The position numbers and the translations under genes were made by a program. A stretch of DNA of 64,000 bases from Phoronis australis (lineage: Eukaryota; Animalia; Phoronida). Numbering within the stretch: position 1 is the stretch's first letter; each line of letters begins with the position of its first letter. Below are positions 38,123 through 51,793 of the stretch, piece by piece. The notes under the pieces are model-generated. The model was not told the origin of the DNA, did no database searches, and saw only the letters and a list, made by a program, of their open reading frames with translations. The stretch spans positions 59,489 through 123,488 of the forward strand of contig NMRA01000744.1 of assembly GCA_002633005.1 (NCBI GenBank). Reading direction: 5' to 3'.

Positions 38123-41100
38123 ACCAAAAGTTGACCCAATGAAGCATCTACACGTGGCAATGATAACATGGTCTTGAGTAGTCTATCTGCAGTTGTATTA
38201 CAGAGGTTGGAAGAAATGAAGCCGGCATGGAATGCAGTGATTGGGGTGCTGTATGGGGACCCAATAAGAGTAGAGGATCAATATATGACAGGATGAATTT
38301 TATCAGAACGGGACCACAGAACATAATAGGTCAGAAGCCTCTGCCCCTTATGTATGTCATACAACAGAGTCCTCGCTCACCAGAGGGGGTTATGTGTCTG
38401 TGAATTCAGAAACCTTTTGGTTAAGAGGGGAACCCTCCCATCACCACCAATTGGTTACGAAAAACATTAAAAATAAAAACTAGGCCAGTATGCTTTTATG
38501 CTGCATGCTAGCCCGTAAGTAGCCTTTCCAGACTGGCATTTGATACTATACAAAGGTAAATTTCAAAATTCAACAACAGAATACCGTTAACACATAAACA
38601 TATACCATTCACAATTGCCGTAGCAGAGCTGTTGCAGTCACGAATGACTGTTGGACAAACAGGTAAATACTCTAATATTACATCAAGCTCACTAATGAGC
38701 CTATAACACAAAGACCTGCAGATCTTTCATCACCTTAAGGTTGCGTAGGACCTTATTGACATGTTGGTGTTATTTAGTCAAATGTCTACAAAATTAGAAA
38801 TTTTAACTGAATAAAAGTATATTTTCTGAAAGTGGAAAACCTACTGAATTTGATTGTTGACTTTGTTAACATTCTGATAGCCTTTCACGCAAAATGGAGC
38901 AGTTTAAAATCAATTCCCAATAGCACAGCGCAGAAGGTTGTATAAAGCACAGTATTTGATAGTTTCAAAAGAACCAGATCAGTCATTCCTGAGATGTGAT
39001 GAACCGATGTTGGAAAAATAAGGACATTTTCAAGAGTCCTCCATAACCCAAAGGCCCTGTTCACAGTAAAAAAAACTCCAGTAAGAAGGGAATATTAAAG
39101 TTGAGCCCTTTAAACCAACTTTTGTAAACGTTAGGTGACAAAGTCATCATCGAAAGTAATCGCGATAAACCCTGTTGTTAACTTCGATTAGACTGAAATT
39201 GGCCATTCATATTGTGTCGAAGCTCCACCATTAAATCTACCCGTTTACTGCGAAGTTAACTGCAGCTGCTCATTTGAGATCTAGGATCAAAGCCAATCGT
39301 TCATACTGACCACCAACTCCTCAAAACATTGACATGTTTTAGTTAGTACAAAAGGGCTATGTAGTTAGAAATTTCACAAGTCATTGAGGCAGCATTCCGT
39401 AATCGCAAGAGCCTAGCAAAAAATGAGACCGCACAAGAACTCACAGAATAACGCTAGAAAAAAGCGAGTTTCACGAACATAGTAGAGACTCTGATAGGCA
39501 TGACCTAACAAAATGGAAACGATTGGTCAGTGAGGTTGGAATGTTCGGCACAACAGCAGTTGCTACATGTAGAAAATGACATGATAAAAACTATTAGTAA
39601 ACAGGAATGATCACGCAAATTACTAGTGGTTGACAAACACTAGACATGGTAACTGTCTGGTACTAATTTAATCCCTGAAGTTTCGGGGTCTGTAGCTCAA
39701 TTCACCTCCAATCATCGTACAAAATCCACGTACCTTCCCAAAAAAATTGATATCAGACTGCTGTAGATAACAAACCACAAAATCATTACCAAATAATCCC
39801 AACAGTGCCAGTCAAAGGAGGGTGTTCACCACTCTAGACAGTTATCAGGATCAGTCCATGTTTCTGCCCTATAACACCCACCTGGTGTTTACGCTAGTCA
39901 ACCAAGTGATGATAACCTGGCTCATGGCCGATGACCTAAATACATAAATTACCCTGTCCACTGCCTTCTGCCAGTAAGCCATTAACCTGTCTGGATACCT
40001 GATAAGAAGAGGTTTGAATAGTGGTTTGGAAGGTTTTTCCCAATGCCCAGAAATTGAACTTTAGTATTTGCCATTACTCATAACGCAACCACATGTGATG
40101 GACATTTTTATTCCGAGACCTAAAATAATCTTCTGGAGTCTTACCCCCATTGTAAAGTCGTTTTCTCTTTGACACATACATAAGGTAGAATTCTTAATTC
40201 CTTCATAGTATTAAAAATAAATAGGGATCTTTCATACAACACCACAAACTTAAGGACTTTCACCGAAATAAGGGCTCAGATTTCCAATTAATTATTAGAA
40301 AATTTCATGAAAGAGGAGCTCGCAATAAAGAAATAATGTTAGTAAAATATATATACATTTAGCCAGTTAACCAAGTCTACAAATGCACTGAATATTTAAG
40401 GAAGATAGTTGATCTCTTACTGGGACTTGTTTCATGCGACCAGCCACTGGGCAGTGTATTCTTCATCCAGAGTACCCATTCACTCACTCACTCACTGACC
40501 AACTGTTGCAGGGTGATTGACCCTTGACAACACTATGATGAACAATGCAGGTAGTCATTATCAGCAAATGGCTATCAGAAAATCCCACTTATCACTGAGA
40601 ACAAGATCTCGCACAACACACCTCACAGGCTTATGTACCCTGGGAAAATTAAACTTCAAATACTTACAAGCTTGGAGAAATTTCGGCTTGGTCAAAGAAA
40701 GTGAGTATGCCATGCCTTAACCTTTATTTTCAGACAAGTCAGACCATGGAAAAGGAACATCTGGATAGCATTCAATAACTGTCTTGCAGAGAGAAAATCA
40801 ACCCAAAATCAAATGATCTCGTTGGAAATACAGGGCAATGTCTCCTGTAATCTTGCAAAGTCTTTCTTTTTAGCATGGTCCAAGTATTACTGATTAGCAT
40901 TGTATCTATAATTCTATAGTAGGTAAAATTAGCCTCAAACCACAAACCAGCAAGAGGTGGGACACCCCAGGGATTTTCAGACTCAGACAGTGACAGTATA
41001 AAATGCTGTTATCAGTCACAGATTCACAAACCACTCCTACACAGAGCAAAGTACTGGGAAAAGATTATCACCAAACCTCGGAATGTAGGTAATGCAAAAA

Positions 41101-41633
41101 ACATATACTGCCTGTCTATTAGATACAGAACCAAGTGTACTTCAGCGAACATTAAAAAGATGTTACATCAACCTGTGAATCAAAACAGCTACCAACATAA
41201 GTAGGCAGCTCAGCTAACAAATTTTCATTAAACCAAGGATTCACTTGAGAACAGAATCTCCAAGACCACCAACACTGCAGTAAGCTTAAATGCAAGCTTT
41301 TTTCAAAATCATATTAATCCTATAGATTCATTAACGGTTAAGATACATTTTGATCCATTTTAAAGCTTCGTATTTTACCTAAGTGTGGCTGTCTTCCTGA
41401 ATCACTAGATAGGATTGTTGAAAGATTAAAGTGACAGTTAATTGGAAAATTACAATGGCAAATCATGCAACTGTGCCTCAGGGTAGAACAAAGTAATCAG
41501 AGTGACAGAGACCATGGTTCAACCGTGTTTTCTCCGATCTGCGAAAATAGTGTCTGTCCCTGTTGGCTATCGCTGACACTACATGGTGCAGTACAACCAT
41601 AGGCCAGCACCAGTGGCTTTACGATTGAGATAA

Positions 41634-41655
41634 CGATCGATCGATCGATCGATCG
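41634..41655. repeat. (CGAT)5 palindromic microsatellite
   Basis: cgatcgatcgatcgatcgatcg. Confidence 0.9.
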
Positions 41656-44600
41656 AAATATTAATTGAATCAACAAACCACATAGATCATGAATAATTAT
41701 TCCTCCCTCCCCCTCACCTTGTAAATTAATCCTGCGAAATTTTGTGGAACTCAGAAACTTGACAAACTCTTACAGCAATGCAACAATTTTTCCAAGCAAA
41801 TTTTGTGTGAAAAATACATGGTATTATAACAAACAATGTTCACACAAAACGCCTCTATTGTAAACTCTCAAGGTACGCTATAACCTAAAGTGCACCCTGC
41901 AATGCAAGACACTTGCCCGTCCACACCTTCAGAAGCGACCATTCTGCTACCCTACACTATTACTGTCTCCAGCTTACTGGTGAAACACTCACCACTCATT
42001 CGCACAATTTTGCGTCAGCTTGCGTAATCTCGCTTTTCTCACAAGCTACTTGCTCTACACACTGAACACTACCCTGCTTTCAGTGTGATGCACAAGTGCA
42101 CAGCCTGTAACTAACATGACTCATCGTCACCATGGCACCAACATACCATTAATACTGCATTTCTCCATATATTTTCTCTTTGAAAGTCAGCAAATGCCAT
42201 GTTTTGGTTTTGGAAACAAATTGACTAATGTCAAGGTTGATATGTCTAACTGAAGAGTGTCTGCCTTGTATAATGAACATCTCTTCTGGTTGGTGATCTC
42301 GAAAGTGGAGAAAGGATTTCTACAGCCAAAACTGCCAACTGATAGGTATATACCAAGTGGTGGGTTCAAGGGTGTGCAAGGCAGCGGTCGATGGAATGAT
42401 TTCAAGTATCAAATACACAATACCCGCTTATTCTAGCCCAGGCACCTACACCTAACGTTATGATTTTTGCAAATAAAATTTTTCACATATACGCATGCCA
42501 TTGTGCCTAAGTTTCACTTATAGACGTTGATGGTTATCGCTTCCATATACACACGTCTTAAAGTACAAATCCCGGGTCGACGCTAATGAAATAAGGAGTT
42601 CATCTAACCTGATTTAGGCACAGCTTCAGCTAGGCCTAAATATAGGCATAAACAGGAAATAACACGTTTTTCAAACAATTCCACCAACGATGACAGACTC
42701 AAATTGAAAACACAAAACTATTTTCTTATATGATGATGCAAATCTCAAAACATATGTAACAAGTACGCAAGGAAGCTAATGAAAAAAAACTTGAAACTTG
42801 CAAAGGTAGCCATTATAATGTTCAGGTTTGTCCCGCAGTCGGGTTCACACACTTCACATGAGGGCCATTAAAACATTAGAACCTCAATAGCACCTTTATG
42901 CTAATCACATTATTCACATACAGGGACCCTACACAATATATAGTAGTCAACGAAATTTAATTATCCCAGCTTATCATAAATACAATGTTTAAAGATCTAT
43001 GTTACAGCTGCCATGTGACAATGATTCTGAAAATTGTGGGCATTTACAACCATATAACAAGTCTTTGCAAAAAGGAAAAAAGACCAATTTTGACAATTAT
43101 TTTTGTTCGAAATAGAAGATTTTAACATATAAATGCTGATCTTAGGACTTAGAGAGCCACCAACAAACAGTATTTTGAAAAATGGTAGGCAAAAGTGGGC
43201 ATTCACAACAATGTCTAGAACCCTATGAAAAATGAAAACAGTCAATTAAGACAAAAATCTTTGCGAATTTGGGGAGATGTTCCCATAACCAAATTTTTCA
43301 AAATTACAATCACCACTGTTATTCTATTTCAAGTTCAGAGTTTCCAGTCTAATCCACAACTTCACAATCTTACTAAATGGCTCCTGTATTGGATAAAAGG
43401 AAATTTTTACAACCATAAGTTGTAGATATTTCATATTCCTATTGGTCGAATCTGTTGTGCTTTAACAATACATTTCCAATATAACACACACTAGGCCATC
43501 ACTCATTACAACTTTTAAAATTACAAAGCATTTTGTTCTTTTCTCCTTCAAGCCTAAACAGCAAGCTGTCACAAAATCACACTTGATTGATGACATCATG
43601 TTATGTCTTGAAAGGTTTTCCAATTGCTATTATCTCTTGCAAAACAAAACATGTCTAAGCAGAGGTCTTCTCAATCTCATCTTTGTGAAAACATCATAAG
43701 CAAGTCAACCAGTTTGTTATAAACAAAGTTGATCGACAGTTATTCCTGTGGTACTCTACCAATAGCGCACTGCAAGTGCATGATTCTCAAGTGAACCAAT
43801 TCTGACAGTAACAAGACCACATACAGGCGTTCATGTTAGGGCACACACACACATTCACACACATTCACACACATTCACATTAGTAACACCAGTGGGAAGC
43901 TACATGGAGAGGACAAGTTCAATCAATAATAGATGCACGTTGGGATAGTCGAGAAGCTGTAGAGCCGTGTTTGAGAATCGCGCTAGCCACGATGGGATCA
44001 ATACGGCTTCTATAAGGTGAACTGAACATGGCTGCTGTCTCTGCAAGAACAAAGATGCTGTTTCATTCAGGTTGCCTGATCAATAACTCATTAACAGGGG
44101 GCCCATAAACAAATCGACTGGGAATAGCTGCTGAGCACCATTGCAACAACACAGAATTCAAGTGCAAACTACTTAAGACAACCAGATCATGTAAATGTCC
44201 CAAGGCAGTGAGAGGGCATTAAGACAAAAAACAGTCATTTTTGAGAAGTAGAGAATGGACTTGCACAACCACATAACTGATTCCGGGGTGACACTCCCCC
44301 GGGGGTTGTATTTACACCAGCTACCTTCAGTACATCAAGGTAAAATGCAACATAGAAAAAAGTAGATTGGAATGCACTGCACTGATTATTAGAAAGATTA
44401 AGTGCATCGTGTGCAATTTGGGAGCTGAAACTTCTTTGTTGCATTTTAGACAGCCTGGATTTCAGTGAGATTGCCTGTGAAAGACGTTGGCTAGATGTAA
44501 GACTTGCCTTGAACAAAAACGAAAAATATCAACCTTCGCTTCTCAATCCACATATTTAGTGAACTTTGAAAATTCACCTATTTTGGTTCCCATTAAGAAG

Positions 44601-47339
44601 TTACAGAATGAAGTTGACACTGGTGCAGAAACAACAACCAAGTCATCCCTCATCTAGAAGCTCCACTGAATGTTCATATTTACGTAGAATTAGAATGTTA
44701 CTCTGCGCGTACTTATATCGATGTGTACCCTCAAATTAAATCTGTGCACAGAAGTCTAGCGCCGAAGGTTGTTGCCAATTTCTTTCATACGAGTATTTAT
44801 GGTGTTATTTACTTAAGGAATGAGTCACTAACTATAATATACATAAAGTTCGACTAATGTCAACTTTTACTCAATCTGCAGTCAACGACTTCGAAAAAAG
44901 AACTGACACCAACAGACTCCTGAACCGTTCACTTCATGACTTGAAAATCCTAATCCCTAGGGCACCTGCTAAACCTCCAAGATCGATGGGAACCACTGTT
45001 TAACATTCCATGAAGCCTTTCCAATTCCAACCCTACAGTTTTGATGCAAGGACACAATTCAGAATGTATACAAAAATAAAGAACGCACACCAATATCAGT
45101 ATATGCAGCGTAACATCCCTATTCTACATCGAATAACCATTTCAATGGATAGAACAACCACATTTTTCAGGTAGAAATGTACTTGTTTAAGAATCCTTTG
45201 GCGCTTCATAGAAGACAGGCTGGTATTGGGTAAACAACATGAACATAGCCTATGATTCACAGATGAATAATCACCCTTGATGGCAGGGGGCACTAGTCTT
45301 GTGACTCTAAGCACTGACTCAATATGTTAGAATATAACACATGGGCAAGGAGAGATATTTATAGAAAAGACTGTGTTTGCAGAAAGGCTAAGAATCTCTT
45401 ACTACTGCTAACTGCTTACATACATGACAAACCTCAAAAATTCAAAGATGGGTTGCCAGTGGTAATACCAGTGCTGTTAATAACATGGGGTTTGAGATCC
45501 CTAATGATATCTGACTTTTCAGAGTGGTAAACAAAACAAAGCTTGTAAGTGTTTTAACCACATGTGTTACAATCTAAGCTAAGCTTTAGAGAATTGTACA
45601 GAATAAAAGAAATACCACAGGGTGAATTTTGAAACACGAAAAGCGTGGACGTATGTGTACCAAGAAAGTTTGAAACATGATATTTTGACAAAAATAAAGT
45701 TTGGAAATAATGTTACTTTGGCAAAACACGTAGCTTTTGGCAAAAATAAAATTTATTAACATATTTCAGCTGGTTTCACACCATTGCTGTGTTGTACACA
45801 CAGATCTGTCAAAAAATAATTTAGGTCCTGAAACCAGTTAAAAATTTCCAGATTATAACATAATGTGGGAGCTCAGGGAAGGAAGTTCTATTGAAAATTG
45901 ATAAACAGTCCAACAGTTGAAGTGGCATATTTTTGGTAAGGCAATACATCATCCTAACTGCTGCAGGCTTCCTAAATTCTCAATTAAAAATTTCAGGAAA
46001 AGTGCAAAAAACTATACTAGACTAAAATATCTGTGATAATTCACTCATACCCTAATCAGAAAGTCAATTTAGTTAGAGCAACTGGAGTATATTCACAAAA
46101 ACATGTCAAATCACAGCAAGCTTTTTTCACAATGAGCACATTTTGCAAAGGTAACATCCAGGAGTTCAGAAAGTGAGGCGCTCTGATTGGCAATTACTGA
46201 ATGATGTCACTTGTCATGTTCAATAAGCTCATGGGTGGTGGTGAAAAATTTAGCAGTGACAAAAAGTGGGGTTGGAATTCTTTTGAAATCTGTCTCAATT
46301 GGAACAAAAAAAGGCACGGATAGAATCGGGTAGAGTTGCAGTAGGAATTGAGTGTTTTTATAACTGTAATTTGTAAATTAAATTTGTATTTTTCACAAGA
46401 TGAAAAGCATTTAGCCACCAAATTTTGACTCTCTGTGTGCATAACATCATGGGGTTATGCACATACAGTGACCGTCTGGTAAGGAGATCAACAGCTTGAA
46501 TGGTAGCAAAATGAAATTGTGTAGCAGACGGGTGAATTCCCCATAACCCTCCGTGTGTTTCCGTTTGACTTCGAGCACATTGGTTGTAAATCCGGTCAGT
46601 CGTTGACGGAACGAAAGACTATTTAAAAAGTTGATTGCGGAAATATTTGCTCCAGTTGGAACGAGACTCCAACTGCCTCTAACGGTGTGCATCTACACTA
46701 GAAAGGTACATATAGTAATTTAAATTTGATAGTTAAGTTAGGGTGAAACATTATTTGCAGAAAATCTTCAAGTGTGCAGGCTCACTTGATTAGGAATAGA
46801 TATATGCCATTGTCTATATCATACTTTGAGCTGCTCAATACAACACTACAGCAGCATTAGCAAGATCAAAATGACATTTGATTTCATTCATTAGCCTCCT
46901 ATAAGATTTCCAGGGCTTATAAATTTCTTCCTGATAACATTAAATTTATGAATGACCAGATGAAAACAGTTTGAAATCTGGGTCAAACAAACAGGGGAAT
47001 ATATTTGTCCACTTTTAGTATTTAAAACACTGTAGCTAATTGATACAAAACCCAAAAATATTCTTAAAACCACAACGGAATTTGGAAAACCAAGACCAGC
47101 CGGGGACATGGTTTCACGCGAACACCCAAAACCGCAACCAATGTCAACTATACATGACATTGACACGGGAATATGGGAGACATGCCAATAAAAAACAGGT
47201 CAAGTCGACCGGCACATATTCGTTAGTATATCCACCCACTAAGAGTAGAATAACACAGGAAGCAGCAAGTTAAAAGTTCAGACTATCAATTTCCCACGAG
47301 GTACAACTATCAAGAAGAAAGATGGGCCTTGTTGAAGTT

Positions 47340-47700
47340 TAAACAATGAACTTAATATGGTTTACCCTCGCCGCTTATCGCACCGGCCGCCATTTTCAAA
47401 TTTTGCCCAGCCCTCTTTGCTATAAATCCGTACAGTTTGGATTGATGCTTCATGCGATCTACGTGTCATTTACGTACCTGCAAACTTGGAACTGCGGTCT
47501 TGGCCTCCAAAGGGTCCAAACAAACTTTCGGAATGACTGTCACCGAATCGAGCCGAAAAATTACCTCAGCATTCACTTCCACTGCCGTCGATTTGCGGGA
47601 ACCTCAGATCAACACCGCTTCACAACCATAAGAGACTATTTTCTGTGTGCAATTAAACTTTACGCGGATTATCAATGTGAAGACAAGTAACCTCGGTGCA
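47340..47700 (-). promoter_or_regulatory. Probable beta-spectrin promoter and non-coding first exon (donor after 47478)
   Basis: Local CpG enrichment; donor CAG|gtacgt at 47478/47477; AAAATGGCGG YY1-type motif just downstream on the minus strand; coding exon 1 has an acceptor, so an upstream UTR exon must exist. Confidence 0.55.
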
Positions 47701-48529
47701 ACATTCGCCTGTTTTTGCACCGGAATTAACACAATATTATACTGCAAATTATTGAAAATGCGCCCTTTTTAACAAATCTAGAAGCACCGGCGTAGTAATA
47801 CACACTCGACACAATGATGTCATCGTATATTATGGGATGGGAATCCATGGCATAATGAATATTCAATAACGCCAAGCACCTCCCAACAAGCTCCATATAC
47901 GGAAAGGGAATGTTTACTATATTTACTCCAGGAGCACAACCTGAGGATCCCGTGCTTGAAAGTCTAACCCCATCTGACAGATAGTAAAAAAGATATTTCC
48001 TGAAGTGATTTCAAACATCCTGTCATTAGTTTGTGGCTATGGTTTGGCCATCATTGTATAAATAAATGATAAATAAAAGCATTTTTGGAGTTTTGTTTAG
48101 TGTGTTGCTTTTTACCATAGACTAAAAAGCACTTTCATTTTATTACAAATAGGCAGTTATCATGACGGTGTCCATAAATTTCAACTAGCTCATTGAGTTA
48201 GCAAAAAAAGCAAAGAGCGGGATGTCTGAAACCTTTTTATCCATCTGAGTGATTTCTGAAAACTATAAACTAAAGTCTTTCAAACAGAGGAAAATACAGG
48301 AATTTGTCACAAATTTAGGACACGGCAAACAAGTGAAATATTAATTTTACATGTAAGATGAGCAATAAAAAAATATTTCACACAAATTTTAGTTATTATG
48401 GTACAGACTTTTAAAATGGTCAAAAGCTCAGCAACCATGAGAAAATGTTATGAGAAATTGCGAGCATTCATTTGCCTTTAAAAAATGAATAATTATTGGT
48501 GAGATTTTACTTCAATACCAGGTACATAA

Positions 48530-48636
48530 CCTTACCCCCTCCCCTCCATTACAAACCCCCACCCCCTCCCCTGTATTGCGTACCCCACCCCCTCCCCTCC
48601 ATTGCGTAAACCCACCCCCTTCTCCTTCATTGCGTA
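48530..48636. repeat. C-rich minisatellite of about 26-28 bp ending at an N (48637)
   Basis: Unit cccaccccctcccctccattgcgta, about 4 copies. Confidence 0.85.
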
Positions 48637-49569
48637 NCCCTAGATTTCTCCTTTCTTGGGTCCCGGCCTAGACAAAATCTTGGATAAGTACACATTACAT
48701 GGGGACACCACACTAAAATCTCCTGTGAATCGAGCTCTGACCAGAAATGTCACATATTTTAAAGCTCCATGCAATTTTCTGTTGGTTGTTTTTCACTTTT
48801 GTTGACCTGTGAGCTAGCCTGTATAGACAGCTATTTGTGGTCCGCGTACGTTTGGATATCATAGAAAATAGGGTATCAACACAACTTATAGAGTAGTATC
48901 AGTTTGCCAGTAGCCCTAGAAAGATTTTCAAGGTTTTAAATATGACAAGTAGGCACCTCAAAATTTGACAGCTGTTTAAGGCATAAAACCGATTTCATCA
49001 TTTGTGATCGGATACTCCAGAGAGAAAAGTTGTTCGATTTCAGTGTGAATCTGACCATGGAGAAGGCACTGTCTGGGCCTCTCATAGTTTTCCACAGCTA
49101 GTTTACGATAGATTTTCAGACCTACTGAATTCAAACTCGGAGCAATACTAAATGTTGTGAACAAAAAGCTGTTTTGTCAGTTCTTGGCAGCAATTAACAA
49201 ATGAATAACTTAAAAGAGCTAAAAAACAAGTCTCTCATAAAAAAAATAACGTTTGATTTAGACCACTTACCGCTGTAAGACTGAGCTGGCAAAAAATGAC
49301 GGTTTGCTTTTATTTGAGACCAAGTTTAGCGAGATGAATCGCAATGGCAGTTGAGTTTACTTAGCCAAGGGTGGTCCAAGCACTGGCGAATTTTCACTGA
49401 GACGTTTCCACACTCAAAATACTCTCTAATCTGAATGCGGTACAAGTAGACTAGTTTCATAGCAGTATGTGGTCTATTTCAAAAGCTGGTTTCCTTGATG
49501 GAAGGTGTAGATTCATAACAGCTTTAATTATTACTCATAATGTAAATCGTATTAATTGTTATACCAGAA

Positions 49570-49623
49570 GAAAAGAATGAAACAAGAACACAAAGAGCTA
49601 TGTGACATATCATCAACTTTATT
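49570..49623 (-). terminator. Candidate polyadenylation site, possibly the distal 3' end of VPS39
   Basis: AATAAA (plus-strand tttatt 49618-49623), then CA about 15 nt downstream and a GU/U-rich element (ctttgtgttcttgtttcattcttttc). Confidence 0.5.
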
Positions 49624-51793
49624 GCAACAATATTTTCCCAAAAACATTATAACAACGTGATTTCATATCATAATCACTGCAAAAAATAAAACTGCTATAT
49701 CACAAAAGCTAATTAGTTTATGCATGCACTTGCTAAGACCTAAAATCCACAATTACCCGAGTGTACCAAGGTCTCTGACAATTGAAAATGGCCCACCTAA
49801 ATAAGATGCCCATCACCGAGTGTATGTATGTACCAATCATACCAAATCAGTTGCACTGCCAGAGTGATTTCAAGATCATTACAGCACCCACCTTCAGTCG
49901 AAGAAACTAGCTTTCAATTTAAGCAACTTGCAACCATAACATTAGACTTAACTTGTTCCTTTCTCACATGAGAAGTGAATTTCAGATTTGCAAAAATCCG
50001 ACTGACCATTATTGCTAGAGACCATCATCAATGAATAAAATGACTGGCCATGACAAACCAACTTGCAGAACCTGGTCTCAAGTAATAAGGATGACCAATT
50101 CTTTCAAAGTACAGAAATCACATCTATTTTGACAAAGGAACAATATGAGATAAACTTCATAACATTTTTAGACAGAAGATGGCTTTATAGCTGGTTTAAC
50201 TATTCTATTGATTGGGAGCTACGCCTCACGCCAATTAGTTTTTAGATTCAAATATCTTATTAATATTGTGTTAAAGAGACCAGTGATGAATAAACTTGCC
50301 AGCGAAATGACACGGTGGTATTTCAACTAACCACAAACCTAACAGAAGATAGGTAGTTTTGTTAACTATTACACGCATTGCCAAAAAGAAATTTCCAATT
50401 TGACATTTGTGAATTTTTCAATTAAAGCTGACATTGCTTTAAATAACTTGTCAAGTGTTATCTTACAAAAACCGAGTCACACAAACCTTCTTAAGAGTTA
50501 AACAAATTCTCAATCTTCATTTTGTTGACAAATATAACCGTACTAAATTCCATGTTTTATCCATATCGTGCGTTAAATAAGTGAAGAATAACAGACTCTG
50601 AATGAATGAAAATGTACATCTGAGTAGCGGACTGCACTCTATTTTCACAATTGCTGAATAACATTACACCACTTACATTCCACACAAAAGGAGTTTCTGA
50701 TAACCATTGACATTACAGTAGTCCTATCAACGAGGGCAATTTCCTGTTGGAGAAACCTACTCACACAGATAAGCCACAGCAAATTGTAGATATCGTACAA
50801 CTTCAAAAATAGACCAAGTGGACTTGTAAGCAATAACGTTATTAAGAGCGTTCAGTAGTGGCTACACAGTTTCAATAATATCTGAAAAGTGTGAATTTCA
50901 ACAAATTTTTTTACATATTAATAAGCTTCAACTTTCTTTAAAAACATCAATGCCTACGCTACTCATTCCAGGGTTAATCCACACAAAATGGACTCTCTGT
51001 CTAGATTGGACGAAAGAGGTAATAAACATTTTCAAGGATGACAACAAATGACCAATGAGAGTATCCAAGACATAACCTGAGCAAAATTCAGCAGCGTGCA
51101 GAAATAGGGGTCGATGAGGCGATGGCCCGGACATCCACATTGGGGTCCATCTAATCACTATGATTGAACTTTCGAAATTGCAACTGATTTGTAGTTTCTA
51201 TTTTATGTTTCACCTTTTTTACTTTTCTTAGTACTAGGGTCTATGTGTTTGAGTAGATACGGGGTCATCCGAAAAAATCCCCCTAGGCATCACCATACTT
51301 CTGTACACTACAGGCAAAATTGCACACTTCAAACAATATACGGTACACCACAGATCATCAAATATAGTATCTGATATTTACTGCCTTATGATGCTTGTTT
51401 AAAGGGACATTTTCATGTCCAAGTCATGAATTTCATTATAATAATGAAGGATTACAGCATTTCTTACCAAAAAGTACAGTGAAGAAGGCTTACATTGAAA
51501 GTCAAATACTAGATGCAAAATATTTAAGAAAACAACTAACAAAGTTGTAAGCTTAGTTAAAAAATGCACACAAGGTGGCGCTTCCCGTGCCATTAAGAAG
51601 AGATATTTGTGATAATGAGCTATACAAGAACAACCAACAAAATTAATAAACTAACAAACAGAATTAACATCAACTCTATGTCTGTAGTGATGTCCTTAAA
51701 TGAAGTTTACAACACAAAACTGTGAAAAAATTCTATTCAGCCACACTGGAGGTTATGCGTAATCACGACTTCAGTTGTGAGTGGTGAAGGTAT

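Noticed and set aside
46447-46697. ORF MHTVRGSW... as another spectrin leader exon (phase-1 donor at 46548)
   Set aside because: Weak donor (gttatg), no similarity to the pre-CH1 motif, and out of frame with the ATG at 33052; at most a UTR exon
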